A stretch of 42,677 nucleotides of DNA. It comes from Candidatus Aminicenantes bacterium. Its GTDB lineage: Bacteria; Acidobacteriota; Aminicenantia; Aminicenantales; Aminicenantaceae. Position numbers and translations under genes: made by a program. The stretch is taken from the NCBI GenBank assembly GCA_030671065.1, contig DAOVAM010000001.1, positions 1-42,677 on the forward strand, given 5' to 3'. Under the pieces are notes generated by a model. That model worked only from the letters and a program-made list of their open reading frames with translations. It was not told where the DNA came from and did no database searches. Shown piece by piece: positions 9,199 to 17,878 of this stretch; positions within the stretch are counted from its first letter, which is position 1, and each line of letters starts with the position of its first letter.

Positions 9199-9852
9199 AT
9201 GAGGAATTGCAAATTTGAAGAAATAATCGACAAGTACTTGTTTAGCCGACTCACCGAGGATGAAAAAAATACATTTGAAGAGCATTATTTTAACTGCCCT
9301 TCTTGTTTTGAAAAAATGGTGGAACGAGATGAACTCGTTGCCGCCATTAAATATAAAGGTCAAGAAATATTCAAAGATGAATACGTGGCCGAAGCAGCCA
9401 AGGGAGAAACCTGGTGGGAAAAAGTTACCTCTTTCCTCACTCCCAGGCAATGGACAACGGTGGCAGTCTCAGCCGCTTTGATCGCCGTCATAACCTTCGG
9501 TGTTCTCCCCATGCTTAAGCCCACCTCACCTCAATTCTACATTAATGATGAAGCCGTCAGAGGGAGCAAAATAACACTTATCTCCCCTGTCTGGGAATCA
9601 GAAACAGTCCCGTCGAAGTTCGAGTGGAAAAAGATGGGTGAAGATGTCGATTATAAAATCTACATCTATGACAACGGCAATGTGGTGTGGGATGATACCA
9701 CAAAGGAGAATTTCATCCTCCTCCCTGAAAAGATTAAAAAAACCTTTCTATCAGGCGAAAAGTATTCCTGGCAGGTGAAAGCCTTCTCTCCTGAAGGAAG
9801 CCTGATTTCTGTTTCAAGCCGGGTTCAATTCAAGATTCACAATCCCGAGTAA
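9199..9852 (+). CDS. Putative zinc-finger (HxxxCxxC) anti-sigma factor, single-pass membrane protein
   Basis: Lies immediately downstream of the ECF sigma gene. The N-terminal 'EEHYFNCPSC' matches the H-x3-C-x2-C anti-sigma motif, and there is one TM segment ('WTTVAVSAALIAVITFGVLPML'). A good SD (GAGGAAAT) precedes the ATG. Confidence 0.65.
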   Translation: MRNCKFEEIIDKYLFSRLTEDEKNTFEEHYFNCPSCFEKMVERDELVAAIKYKGQEIFKDEYVAEAAKGETWWEKVTSFLTPRQWTTVAVSAALIAVITFGVLPMLKPTSPQFYINDEAVRGSKITLISPVWESETVPSKFEWKKMGEDVDYKIYIYDNGNVVWDDTTKENFILLPEKIKKTFLSGEKYSWQVKAFSPEGSLISVSSRVQFKIHNPE

Positions 9853-9870
9853 AACCCCTTCCCTTTTTTT

Positions 9871-10551
9871 CTAATCCTCTTCGACCTTATCTTCTTCTGT
9901 ATACAGCCGCCCCCGACTTTCGACCTCAAAAGCAAGGCAACACATCAATCTGCCGCACAAGCCAGAAATCTTTTTGGGGTTGATGACGATCTGCTGTTTT
10001 TTTGCCTTCTGAATCGTCACAGGTTCAAAATTCTTCATGAAGCTAAAGCAGCACAGAGAGCGCCCGCAGACTCCAAGACCTCCGATCATTTTGGCTTCAT
10101 CACGGACTCCCACCTGACGCATCTCGATCCGCATCTTGAACTCCTTTGCTAAATCCTTAACGAGCTCTCTGAAATCAATACGACCGTCGGCCGTGTAATA
10201 AAATATTCCTTTCTTTTCATCAAAAAAGTAGCGAATCCTGACCAGCTTCATGGGCAAATTTCTACTCTTGATCCTATTCAGACAAAAATCAAAGGCCTTC
10301 TTCTCTTTCTTCCTTAACCACTTGAATTTTTTCTCATCCTCTTCAGTGGCTTTGCGAATGAACTTTACGGCATCCTTGGTCGCTTTTTGATGAACGCAAA
10401 CCTCACTCGAATCGTCCACGACCACAGCCAAGTCACCGCCCAATTCCGACTCAATAATGCAAAGGTCTCCTCGCTTCAGATCTTCCTTACCCTTTTTGAC
10501 CCTAAAAACTTTTCCCGAAAGTTCAGACAGAACACATACGATTTCAGGCAT
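9871..10551 (-). CDS. ricT: PSP1 C-terminal domain protein (YaaT/RicT-like)
   Basis: Carries the Cys-rich PSP1 signature 'GVCGRSLCCFSF...GLCGRLMCCLAFE'. Synteny directly after holB matches B. subtilis holB-yaaT. The ATG at 10551 overlaps the holB stop by 8 nt, and the longer track ORF would overlap holB. Confidence 0.8.
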   Translation of the reverse strand: MPEIVCVLSELSGKVFRVKKGKEDLKRGDLCIIESELGGDLAVVVDDSSEVCVHQKATKDAVKFIRKATEEDEKKFKWLRKKEKKAFDFCLNRIKSRNLPMKLVRIRYFFDEKKGIFYYTADGRIDFRELVKDLAKEFKMRIEMRQVGVRDEAKMIGGLGVCGRSLCCFSFMKNFEPVTIQKAKKQQIVINPKKISGLCGRLMCCLAFEVESRGRLYTEEDKVEED

Positions 10552-11536
10552 ATTCCCATTCCTTGAAATTTGAAAAAAATGAGCTGACGAGCAAGTTGAC
10601 ATTGAGGTTTTTACCCAAGCCGTAGATTGCGAAATCAATCTTTTCCAGACATTTCATCAGCCAATCCAGACTCACAAGCTCCTCCATTTTCCTGATTTCA
10701 TCTTCATAGTCCGGATTCATCAACAGGTTACTATCGCTCTTTTCTTTGAGTAAAACCAAATCCCGGCAGAAAGACGAGAGTATTTCTAATATTTGTTCCC
10801 AGTCCTGTTTGACTAAAGATTTGTATGAAAAGGCATAATTCCTCAGAAAGAAAGCAAAATTTTCTCTTTTGACGAGAGAAAGAAACAGCATCCAAGCCTG
10901 TTTTCGTGTTACTTGAACATCTTCCCAATCTAAACCTAAGGCCTGTTTGAGATTTCCACGAACCAGACGAGATATCACCCTGGCTTTTTCTTCCGTGAAT
11001 CCTTTCTCCATGAGCTCTCTTTCAATATCTTCCTTGGAGAGGGGAGGAAAATTCAGTATCTGACACCGGGACTTAATGGTCGATAGGATGAGAAAAGGAT
11101 TATGTGTCATGAGCAGGACATAGGAAAAAAGAGGCGGCTCTTCCAGCACTTTTAAAAGTGAGTTCGCTGCAGCTTCAGTCATTTTCTCAGCTTCAGTCAC
11201 GATAAAAACTCTTTTCTTTCCAACCATTGGCTTCAGGTAAGCGATCTTTCTCAAAGCGCGCATTTGCTCAATCTTGATCACATTTCCATCGGGCTGAATC
11301 ACCATGACATCCGGAAAATTACCCGCATTGATCCCCTTGCAGGACGTACACTTCTCGCAGGCATCATCTTTTTTCCGTTCACAGTTTATTGCTTTTGCCA
11401 GAACTAAGGCCATTTCCTCCTTACCAACTCCCTTCGGTCCACAGAACAGTATGGAGTTTGGAATCTTTTTCTTCTGCAGGGCTTTCCGCAGGATCTTCTT
11501 GACACGTTCATGTCCCAAAACATCCTTAAAGGCCAT
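10544..11536 (-). CDS. holB: DNA polymerase III delta' subunit
   Basis: Has the P-loop-like 'LFCGPKGVGK', the zinc module 'CERKKDDACEKCTSCKGI', 'VFIVTEAEKMT' and 'SRCQ'. Confidence 0.85.
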   Translation of the reverse strand: MAFKDVLGHERVKKILRKALQKKKIPNSILFCGPKGVGKEEMALVLAKAINCERKKDDACEKCTSCKGINAGNFPDVMVIQPDGNVIKIEQMRALRKIAYLKPMVGKKRVFIVTEAEKMTEAAANSLLKVLEEPPLFSYVLLMTHNPFLILSTIKSRCQILNFPPLSKEDIERELMEKGFTEEKARVISRLVRGNLKQALGLDWEDVQVTRKQAWMLFLSLVKRENFAFFLRNYAFSYKSLVKQDWEQILEILSSFCRDLVLLKEKSDSNLLMNPDYEDEIRKMEELVSLDWLMKCLEKIDFAIYGLGKNLNVNLLVSSFFSNFKEWEYA

Positions 11537-11691
11537 TCTTTTTTATCTCTCCTGCAGAGTCCAAAGTTTTCCGTTTATTCTCAATGCGAGCATCTTGAAG
11601 CGGCTCACGCCACAACCTCTTCTTCTTTCCAAAAACTCAGATATTCGCCAGCACCTCTCTTTGAATCTGAAGCTTCAACTCAATCTTGCCT

Positions 11692-14600
11692 CTAAAACAT
11701 GGGGTCTTGAACGACTCTGAGTTTTTTGGTCACCACTTCTTTCCCATCGACAACCAGAGTCACGTTGAATTCACCAGGATCGACTGTGCGAGAAAATCGC
11801 ATCCTGGTCTGCTGGTCTTGTCTTTGTCCTGATCTCCTCCTCAAGTTCCAGAATACTCTCTGGAGGCCTTTCCCCGCCATTCCATTCAACTCCTGTATGA
11901 CACTGCCTTCAAGATCTTTTATCACAAGCTTCACGGATTTTGCCGGCTGCTTGAGATAATAATAGATATTCGAACCGACAGGAGGATTATCCACTCGTGC
12001 GAATTCTCCGTAGGTCGGGCCTCTTCTTTCGAGCATGTTCCATTGGATCGTTCTCTGTATATCAAAAAGGTAGACATCTTTCTCAAAAACATCTGTCTTA
12101 AACTCTTTAAACGGGAAAATGTCGGCGATGTAGATACCTCTTCCGTACGTTCCAATGGCCAGATCCCGCTCTCTCTTCTGGATATCCAGGTCCATGATCA
12201 GGACATCAGGGGCAGAAGAAGACATTTCGATCCAGGTTTTTCCTTTATCCATGGTGACAAAAAGGCCATAATCCGTGGCAAGGTAGAGAACATCCGGATT
12301 ATCCGGATCTTCTTCGATATCCCTCACTGGATTCATCATTCCCTGGCTGATATTTTCCCAGGTTTTCCCAAAATCATGCGTGACAAAGATGTAAGAGTTA
12401 TCCTCGTTATGAGTCCTGTACCCAGAATATGTGACGTAACAGGTCTCCAGGTCGTGGGCAGAAGGCTCGACTTTGGTAACCCAGCGGTCATAGGGAATTC
12501 GCGCCCCTTTTATTCCTTTCTTGGGTTTTCCGTTCGTGTCATAGAAATTCATCGTGATATTTTTCCAGGTTTTGCCGCCATCAGTGCTCAGCTGCAGGTT
12601 TCCGTCATCAGTGCCTGCCCAGTACACTCCAGGTTCCACAGCGGATTCCTGGAATGTGTAGATGGTGGCATACTGGAGGTTCGTCAGCTTAGATTGCTCT
12701 ATTCTTTCCTTATCATTCTTGGAGAGGTCAGGGCTGATTGTCACCCAAGTCCCGCTGTCCCCCCTGCTCCTAGACATATGCACATGCTGGGAACAAACAT
12801 AGACAATACCCGGATTGTGGGGAGAAAGATGAATAGGCGAATCCCACTGGTACCTTTGTGCCGGCTTTCCTTCGGCTCTTTCTTCAGCTGTATTCCGCCT
12901 GGAAAGAGAGATTCTCTCTCCAGTTTTCAGGTTCATCCGGTTCGATCGCCCGAACTGGCTTTCGAAATAAATGTATTCCGGGTTCCACCAATCCCTCAAT
13001 ACATAATATCCATCTCCGGAAGGAAGATATGTCCAATCGGCAGGAAACACACCGTATTGATTTCTGTTCCTGGACGGACCGATCCAGCATCCGTTATCCT
13101 GGGTTCCCCCCATAACGTTGTAAGGCATCTCGTTATCAACAGAGATATCGTAAAATTGCTGAGCACTGATCGTTTCTTTCTGCGACCAGTGCTTCCCTCC
13201 ATCCCAGGTCTCACTGACGCCTCCGTCATTCCCGTTCAGGATATGATTGGAATTGAGAGGGTCGATCCACATTCCTCGTGTATCCACATGGCCCCTGTGG
13301 CGGCCTGTCCAGGGAGTGTTCCTGAATGTCTTTCCTCCGTCTTTGGAAACCTTGACCTGGACTTCAACAGCGTAGAGTTTTTTATCATCATTAGGATCCA
13401 CATAGATTCGCCCGGCATATCCAGCTTCAATCTGATTAACCACGCCGCTTCCCCCGATGAGCATGTATTCTGTCATTCGCTTCCAGGATTCTCCCTGGTC
13501 CTCAGACCGGTAAATGACTCCAGCTTTTTTTACTGGCTCCAGCAACATCAAGGCATCCGCATAGATGATCTGGAGGATATGCCTGTTTAAGAGCTGATAC
13601 CGTCCCTTTCTATTCTCGAATTCATCGATTTTGTCCTTGATCCCCCCGAGCAGGGACTGCATATCTTCCCTGTCTTTGTAAACCTTTTTTGCGCTCGTGT
13701 TGAATTTCCTGAGGTCGATATTCAGTTTGGCTGTGAGCCCCTCATCCTTCACCAGCGCATTCGCACTCTGAGCCAGTTCTTTACCGTCTTTAATTTTTTC
13801 CGCATCGAACGTTACGAGAGATTTGAGCTCAGGATCGATCTGAACCTTATCCATGTCTGTTACAGAAAAAACATCATCTTTGATCTCGATCCCCTCCGAG
13901 TCTGCAAAGAGCATGACGAGTACAAATGTGTTGATGGCTTCACACAGCTCTTTGTACTCCTTTTCCCTTTTCAGGATCTTCTCGATTTCATCGATGCTCT
14001 CGATAATCTTTTCATTCTTTTTGAACACGGACCTCGCTTTTTTGTTCAAAGCCGCCACATCTACTCCAGTATTCTTCTGGAAATCTCGATCTCCAATCAA
14101 TTCATTCAACTTTTCAACAAGGTTACTCTCATCCTTAAACTTAACAGGTTCGAACTTGACCATTTTTTTAATCTCAGGATGGATTCTGAAATCTTTAAAT
14201 TTATTCAAATAATAGCCATCCCTGAACACTCCTCTTCTGAAAAGAGCAGTGCCTTCCCTCTCGTTGAAGCCCAGGTTAACCTCTTCATCCATCCGCACAT
14301 AGACGATATTCGGATCCTTCGGGTAGATGCATACGCCATTCCATCCACTTTTGATATTCATCGGGAGGCCGCCGGTCAGTTTTTTCCAGATTTTTCCACC
14401 GTCAGTACTTTTGTACAGGTGGTTTCCCTCCTGACGATCTATGAAGGTCCATGTCCTCCGGTAGGTTTTGTAAGCCACAGCGATGACAATATCGGAATTG
14501 TTCGGATCGATCACGAAATCTCCCACGCCCCTGTCTTTCAGGTCAAGCACCTTCGTCCAGGTCTTTCCGCCATCCACAGTCTTGTACAGCCCGCGTTGGC

Positions 14601-15138
14601 AATCCATCTTGTTATCGTAGAGTTTTCCTTCAGCCGCGACATAAACAACATCCGGATTCTTATGATCGACTTCAACTCTAGCGATATAAAAGCTTTGCTC
14701 CAGGCCGATGTGGGTCCAGGAGCTCCCCCCATCTGTAGATTTCCACATCCCGTTTCCGTGGGCACTGGAGCGGGCGTGCATGGGCTCTCCTGTCCCGGCG
14801 TAGATAATATTGGGATCGGACGGAGCCACAGCAAGGTCTCCCATGCTCATGAGCCCGTATTTATCAAAAATGGGTTTAAAATGAATGCCTCCATCTTCTG
14901 TTTTCCAGAGTCCTCCAGATGCAGTGGCCACATAATAAGTTTGACTCTGGCCCTTGGGAACGGCAAACGAGGTAATCCTCCCGGAAAACGTGAAGGGTCC
15001 TACATGGCGCCAATTGAATTTGTTCAGGTCTTTTGTGGATACGGAAGTTTCCGCGAAGACCAGAGAATACACCATGAAACAGAAAATAAAGGTAAACGCT
15101 AAAATCGCATTTCTTTTAGATATTTGTTTCCTCATCAT
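11692..15138 (-). CDS. Secreted BNR/Asp-box repeat (sortilin-Vps10-type) double beta-propeller protein with helical insert
   Basis: Begins with a signal peptide ('AILAFTFIFCFMVYSLVFAE'). At least 9 Asp-box motifs are present: 'STDGGSSW', 'TVDGGKTW', 'STDGGKIW', 'SEDQGESW', 'SKDGGKTF', 'TWDGGKHW', 'STDGGKTW', 'THDFGKTW' and 'TMDKGKTW'. The biochemical function is unknown. Confidence 0.75.
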   Translation of the reverse strand: MMRKQISKRNAILAFTFIFCFMVYSLVFAETSVSTKDLNKFNWRHVGPFTFSGRITSFAVPKGQSQTYYVATASGGLWKTEDGGIHFKPIFDKYGLMSMGDLAVAPSDPNIIYAGTGEPMHARSSAHGNGMWKSTDGGSSWTHIGLEQSFYIARVEVDHKNPDVVYVAAEGKLYDNKMDCQRGLYKTVDGGKTWTKVLDLKDRGVGDFVIDPNNSDIVIAVAYKTYRRTWTFIDRQEGNHLYKSTDGGKIWKKLTGGLPMNIKSGWNGVCIYPKDPNIVYVRMDEEVNLGFNEREGTALFRRGVFRDGYYLNKFKDFRIHPEIKKMVKFEPVKFKDESNLVEKLNELIGDRDFQKNTGVDVAALNKKARSVFKKNEKIIESIDEIEKILKREKEYKELCEAINTFVLVMLFADSEGIEIKDDVFSVTDMDKVQIDPELKSLVTFDAEKIKDGKELAQSANALVKDEGLTAKLNIDLRKFNTSAKKVYKDREDMQSLLGGIKDKIDEFENRKGRYQLLNRHILQIIYADALMLLEPVKKAGVIYRSEDQGESWKRMTEYMLIGGSGVVNQIEAGYAGRIYVDPNDDKKLYAVEVQVKVSKDGGKTFRNTPWTGRHRGHVDTRGMWIDPLNSNHILNGNDGGVSETWDGGKHWSQKETISAQQFYDISVDNEMPYNVMGGTQDNGCWIGPSRNRNQYGVFPADWTYLPSGDGYYVLRDWWNPEYIYFESQFGRSNRMNLKTGERISLSRRNTAEERAEGKPAQRYQWDSPIHLSPHNPGIVYVCSQHVHMSRSRGDSGTWVTISPDLSKNDKERIEQSKLTNLQYATIYTFQESAVEPGVYWAGTDDGNLQLSTDGGKTWKNITMNFYDTNGKPKKGIKGARIPYDRWVTKVEPSAHDLETCYVTYSGYRTHNEDNSYIFVTHDFGKTWENISQGMMNPVRDIEEDPDNPDVLYLATDYGLFVTMDKGKTWIEMSSSAPDVLIMDLDIQKRERDLAIGTYGRGIYIADIFPFKEFKTDVFEKDVYLFDIQRTIQWNMLERRGPTYGEFARVDNPPVGSNIYYYLKQPAKSVKLVIKDLEGSVIQELNGMAGKGLQRVFWNLRRRSGQRQDQQTRMRFSRTVDPGEFNVTLVVDGKEVVTKKLRVVQDPMF

Positions 15139-15146
15139 GCCTCCTT

Positions 15147-17684
15147 TTAAAAATCAATCCTTCCTGTTTTGAGGAATTTTTTGCCTTCTTTAAAGACCAA
15201 CCTTAAGAACTTTCCTGTGTATGAGTTTTCGGCTTCCGCAACTTCTTCCGGGATACCCTGAGCAACCACATAGCCTCCGTGTTCGCCTCCTTCAGGGCCT
15301 AAGTCTATAATATAATCGCAATACTTGATAACATCAAGGTTGTGCTCGATAATCACCACCGTGTTTCCCAGGTTCACCAGTTCTGAAAGAACTTCAAGCA
15401 GCTTGAGGACATCATCAAAATGGAGTCCTGTGGTGGGTTCATCCAGGAGATAAAGAGCTTGACCCGTATCCTTCCGGCTTAGCTCTTTTGTCAACTTGAT
15501 TCGCTGCGCTTCTCCTCCAGAGAGGGTGGGGGCTTGCTGGCCTAGCCTGATATAGCCCAATCCCACTTTTTTTAACGTTCCCAATTTTCTATTCAAAACC
15601 GGATGAGCCTTTAAATATTCATAGGCCTCGTCCACTGTCATTTCCAGGTAATCCGAAATATTTTTTTCTTTGAACTTGACTGACAGAGTTTCGGTGTTGT
15701 ACCGCTTGCCTCTGCAGCGATCGCAGGTGACGAATACATCCGGCAGAAAATGCATCTCGATCTTTTTCACTCCTGCTCCCTTGCACTCTTCACACCGGCC
15801 CCCGGGAACATTGAAGCTAAAACGACTGGCTGTGTATCCCCTCATTCTCGATTCCTGTGTCCTGGAAAAAAGTTGTCTCAGAGGAGTGAAAAGTCCTGTG
15901 TATGTGGCGGGATTGGACCGCGGTGTTCGGCCGATGGGCTTCTGGTCTACCGAAACAACCTTATTTATTTGATCGATCCCTAGGATGGCCTCATGCTTTC
16001 CAGGTTTCTTTTTCGCCTTGAAAAATTCGTTCAAAAGCTTTTTATACAGAATATCGTAGATTAGCGTACTCTTTCCGGAGCCAGAAACTCCGGTCACTGC
16101 TGTCATGACTGAGAGGGGAATCCGGACATCGATGTTCTTCAAATTGTGTTCAGAAGCTTTTTTGACCTCAAGCCATCCAGTTGGCTTTTTCCGCTCCAAT
16201 GGAACTGGAATGCTTTTTTCTTCTCTGAGATACTGAGATGTTAGCGAGTCTGGAGAAGACAGAATAATATCCAAGTTTCCTTCGGTGACTTTAAACCCGC
16301 CACCCTCGCCTGCACCCGGACCCAAATCCAGAATAAAATCAGCCGAACGGATAGTCTGCTCATCATGCTCGACCACAATCACTGAGTTCCCAAGGTCTCT
16401 TATGTCTTTCAACAGAGAAATCAAACGCTGATTATCTCGCTGATGAAGGCCGATAGTGGGTTCATCCAGAACGTAGAGTATCCCTCTCAACCGAGAACTG
16501 ACCTGAGCAGCCAAGCGCAGACGCCGGGCCTCACCTCCGGAAAGAGACGCTGTCGTCCGGGAAAGCTGGATGTATGGCATTCCCAATTCGACCATAACCT
16601 CAAGGCGAGACTGAATCTCCTTTTGTATCCTTGAAGCGACCAGCTTTTCAGATTTAAAAAATTCGAGGGAAGACAGGACCTCCAACAGCCTCCCGACAGG
16701 AAGAGAGCTGTACTCATAGATATTCTTTCCTCCGACCTTGACTGCAAGGCTCTCTCGTTTTAGCCGGCTCCCATCGCACAATGCACAGATATCATCTGTC
16801 AGAGCCACTTCACCCCATGCACCCTGGAGTGTTTGGAAGCCAAGGCCATGGCACCGCGGGCAGGCTCCATAAGGACTGTTAAACGAAAAGTTCCTGGGTT
16901 CCAACTCCGGGAGACTGATATCGCAGACAGGGCAGAGAAGACTCAAAGAGAAATAGCTCTCTTTTCCATCTTTGGTGATAACCAGGAGGTCTCCTCCGGC
17001 CATCTCCAGAGAATTATTCACGGCATCCCTCATCCTATCCCTGGAAGAGTCTGACACTCGGACTTCATCAACCAGAAGATCGATGCTGTGTTGTTTTGCC
17101 TTCTCCAGGAAAATTTCCTCCTCGAGTTCTCTGAACTGGCCATCCACACGGACACGAAGAAATCCTTTCTTTCTCAGCCTGTCAAACAGACGCTGGTATT
17201 CTCCCTTCCTCCCTCTAACCAGAGGAGAAAGGATTTTCACTTTCTCGTCGGGAAGAGATTTCAATATTCTGGTTAAAATTTGCTGGGGAGTCTGAGAGCT
17301 AATCCGTCTCCCACAGCTTGGACAGTGAGGGATCCCCACCCGTGCAAAAAGAAGCCTTAAGAAATCATAGATCTCTGTTACAGTTCCCACTGTGGAGCGA
17401 GGGTGTGAGGTGATCGTTCTCTGGTCGATCGCAATAGCCGGAGAAATGCCCTCGAGAGACTCCATTTCCGGCTTCTCCATCTGTTCGATATACTGGCGGG
17501 CATAGGTTGAGAGGCATTCAATATAGCGCCTCTGCCCTTCAGCGTACAGCGTATCGAAGGCAAGGGAGGATTTCCCAGAACCGCTCGGCCCTGTAATCAC
17601 AATCAGTTTATTCCGGGGCAGATTCACATCGACTCTTTTGAGATTGTGTTGAGCGGCTTTTTTAACACGGATTTCTTTCAACAT
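15147..17684 (-). CDS. uvrA: Excinuclease ABC subunit A (UvrA), short form lacking the insertion domain
   Basis: Near-collinear by eye with E. coli UvrA. It has 'GPSGSGKSSLAFDTLYAEGQRRY', two ABC signatures ('LSGGEARRL', 'LSGGEAQRI') and 'GVSGSGKST', plus zinc modules. The start at 'MLKEIRVKKAAQHNLK' fits promoter geometry and gives 845 aa, against 940 aa in E. coli. Confidence 0.93.
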   Translation of the reverse strand: MLKEIRVKKAAQHNLKRVDVNLPRNKLIVITGPSGSGKSSLAFDTLYAEGQRRYIECLSTYARQYIEQMEKPEMESLEGISPAIAIDQRTITSHPRSTVGTVTEIYDFLRLLFARVGIPHCPSCGRRISSQTPQQILTRILKSLPDEKVKILSPLVRGRKGEYQRLFDRLRKKGFLRVRVDGQFRELEEEIFLEKAKQHSIDLLVDEVRVSDSSRDRMRDAVNNSLEMAGGDLLVITKDGKESYFSLSLLCPVCDISLPELEPRNFSFNSPYGACPRCHGLGFQTLQGAWGEVALTDDICALCDGSRLKRESLAVKVGGKNIYEYSSLPVGRLLEVLSSLEFFKSEKLVASRIQKEIQSRLEVMVELGMPYIQLSRTTASLSGGEARRLRLAAQVSSRLRGILYVLDEPTIGLHQRDNQRLISLLKDIRDLGNSVIVVEHDEQTIRSADFILDLGPGAGEGGGFKVTEGNLDIILSSPDSLTSQYLREEKSIPVPLERKKPTGWLEVKKASEHNLKNIDVRIPLSVMTAVTGVSGSGKSTLIYDILYKKLLNEFFKAKKKPGKHEAILGIDQINKVVSVDQKPIGRTPRSNPATYTGLFTPLRQLFSRTQESRMRGYTASRFSFNVPGGRCEECKGAGVKKIEMHFLPDVFVTCDRCRGKRYNTETLSVKFKEKNISDYLEMTVDEAYEYLKAHPVLNRKLGTLKKVGLGYIRLGQQAPTLSGGEAQRIKLTKELSRKDTGQALYLLDEPTTGLHFDDVLKLLEVLSELVNLGNTVVIIEHNLDVIKYCDYIIDLGPEGGEHGGYVVAQGIPEEVAEAENSYTGKFLRLVFKEGKKFLKTGRIDF

Positions 17685-17692
17685 GACGCTCC

Positions 17693-17720
17693 ATTCTACC
17701 ACACTTCTGGCCATGGACAA
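17693..17720 (-). promoter_or_regulatory. sigma70-type promoter for uvrA (TTGTCC-N16-TGgTAGAAT)
   Basis: On the minus strand the -35 is at 17715-17720 and the extended -10 at 17693-17701. The uvrA ATG (17684) begins 8 nt after the -10. Confidence 0.45.
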
Positions 17721-17759
17721 GCGAGAAGGGTCATTCGGGGCCAAAACTGGATAAAAGAA

Positions 17760-17793
17760 GGGGTCGAATGTTGAGATGCGACCCCAATTTTTT
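17760..17793. terminator. GC-rich inverted repeat GGGGTCG-N12-CGACCCC flanked by T/A runs: bidirectional terminator-like hairpin or operator
   Basis: 17760-17766 pairs with 17779-17785 (7 bp). AATTTTTT follows on the + strand and TTCTTTTAT on the - strand. It lies between the divergent uvrA and helicase promoters. Confidence 0.35.
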
Positions 17794-17878
17794 GCCTCTT
17801 CTTTGTTTTGGCGTTGACCCCTTCCCTCCAAAAATAATAATATAGAAGAGTATTATCAAAGAACCTGGACGAGAGTAT

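Noticed and set aside
12043-13590. Long + strand ORF (515 aa), together with 14179..15102 (307 aa), lying opposite the BNR-repeat gene.
   Set aside because: Both are antisense shadows of a gene whose minus-strand translation shows a signal peptide and at least nine Asp-box motifs. The + strand translations are low-complexity, rich in Arg, Pro, Ser and Ile, have no recognisable motifs and have no SD or promoter.
17685-17831. N-terminal extension of uvrA (track start 17831, 49 extra aa). Similar extensions affect rsmA (2062), recJ (41901), tolA (23941), ricT (10638) and rapZ (34047).
   Set aside because: The extensions have no homology to the respective families. They overlap upstream genes or promoters. 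Conserved N-termini with SDs, overlapping stop/start codons or abutting promoters are found at the internal starts listed in the features.
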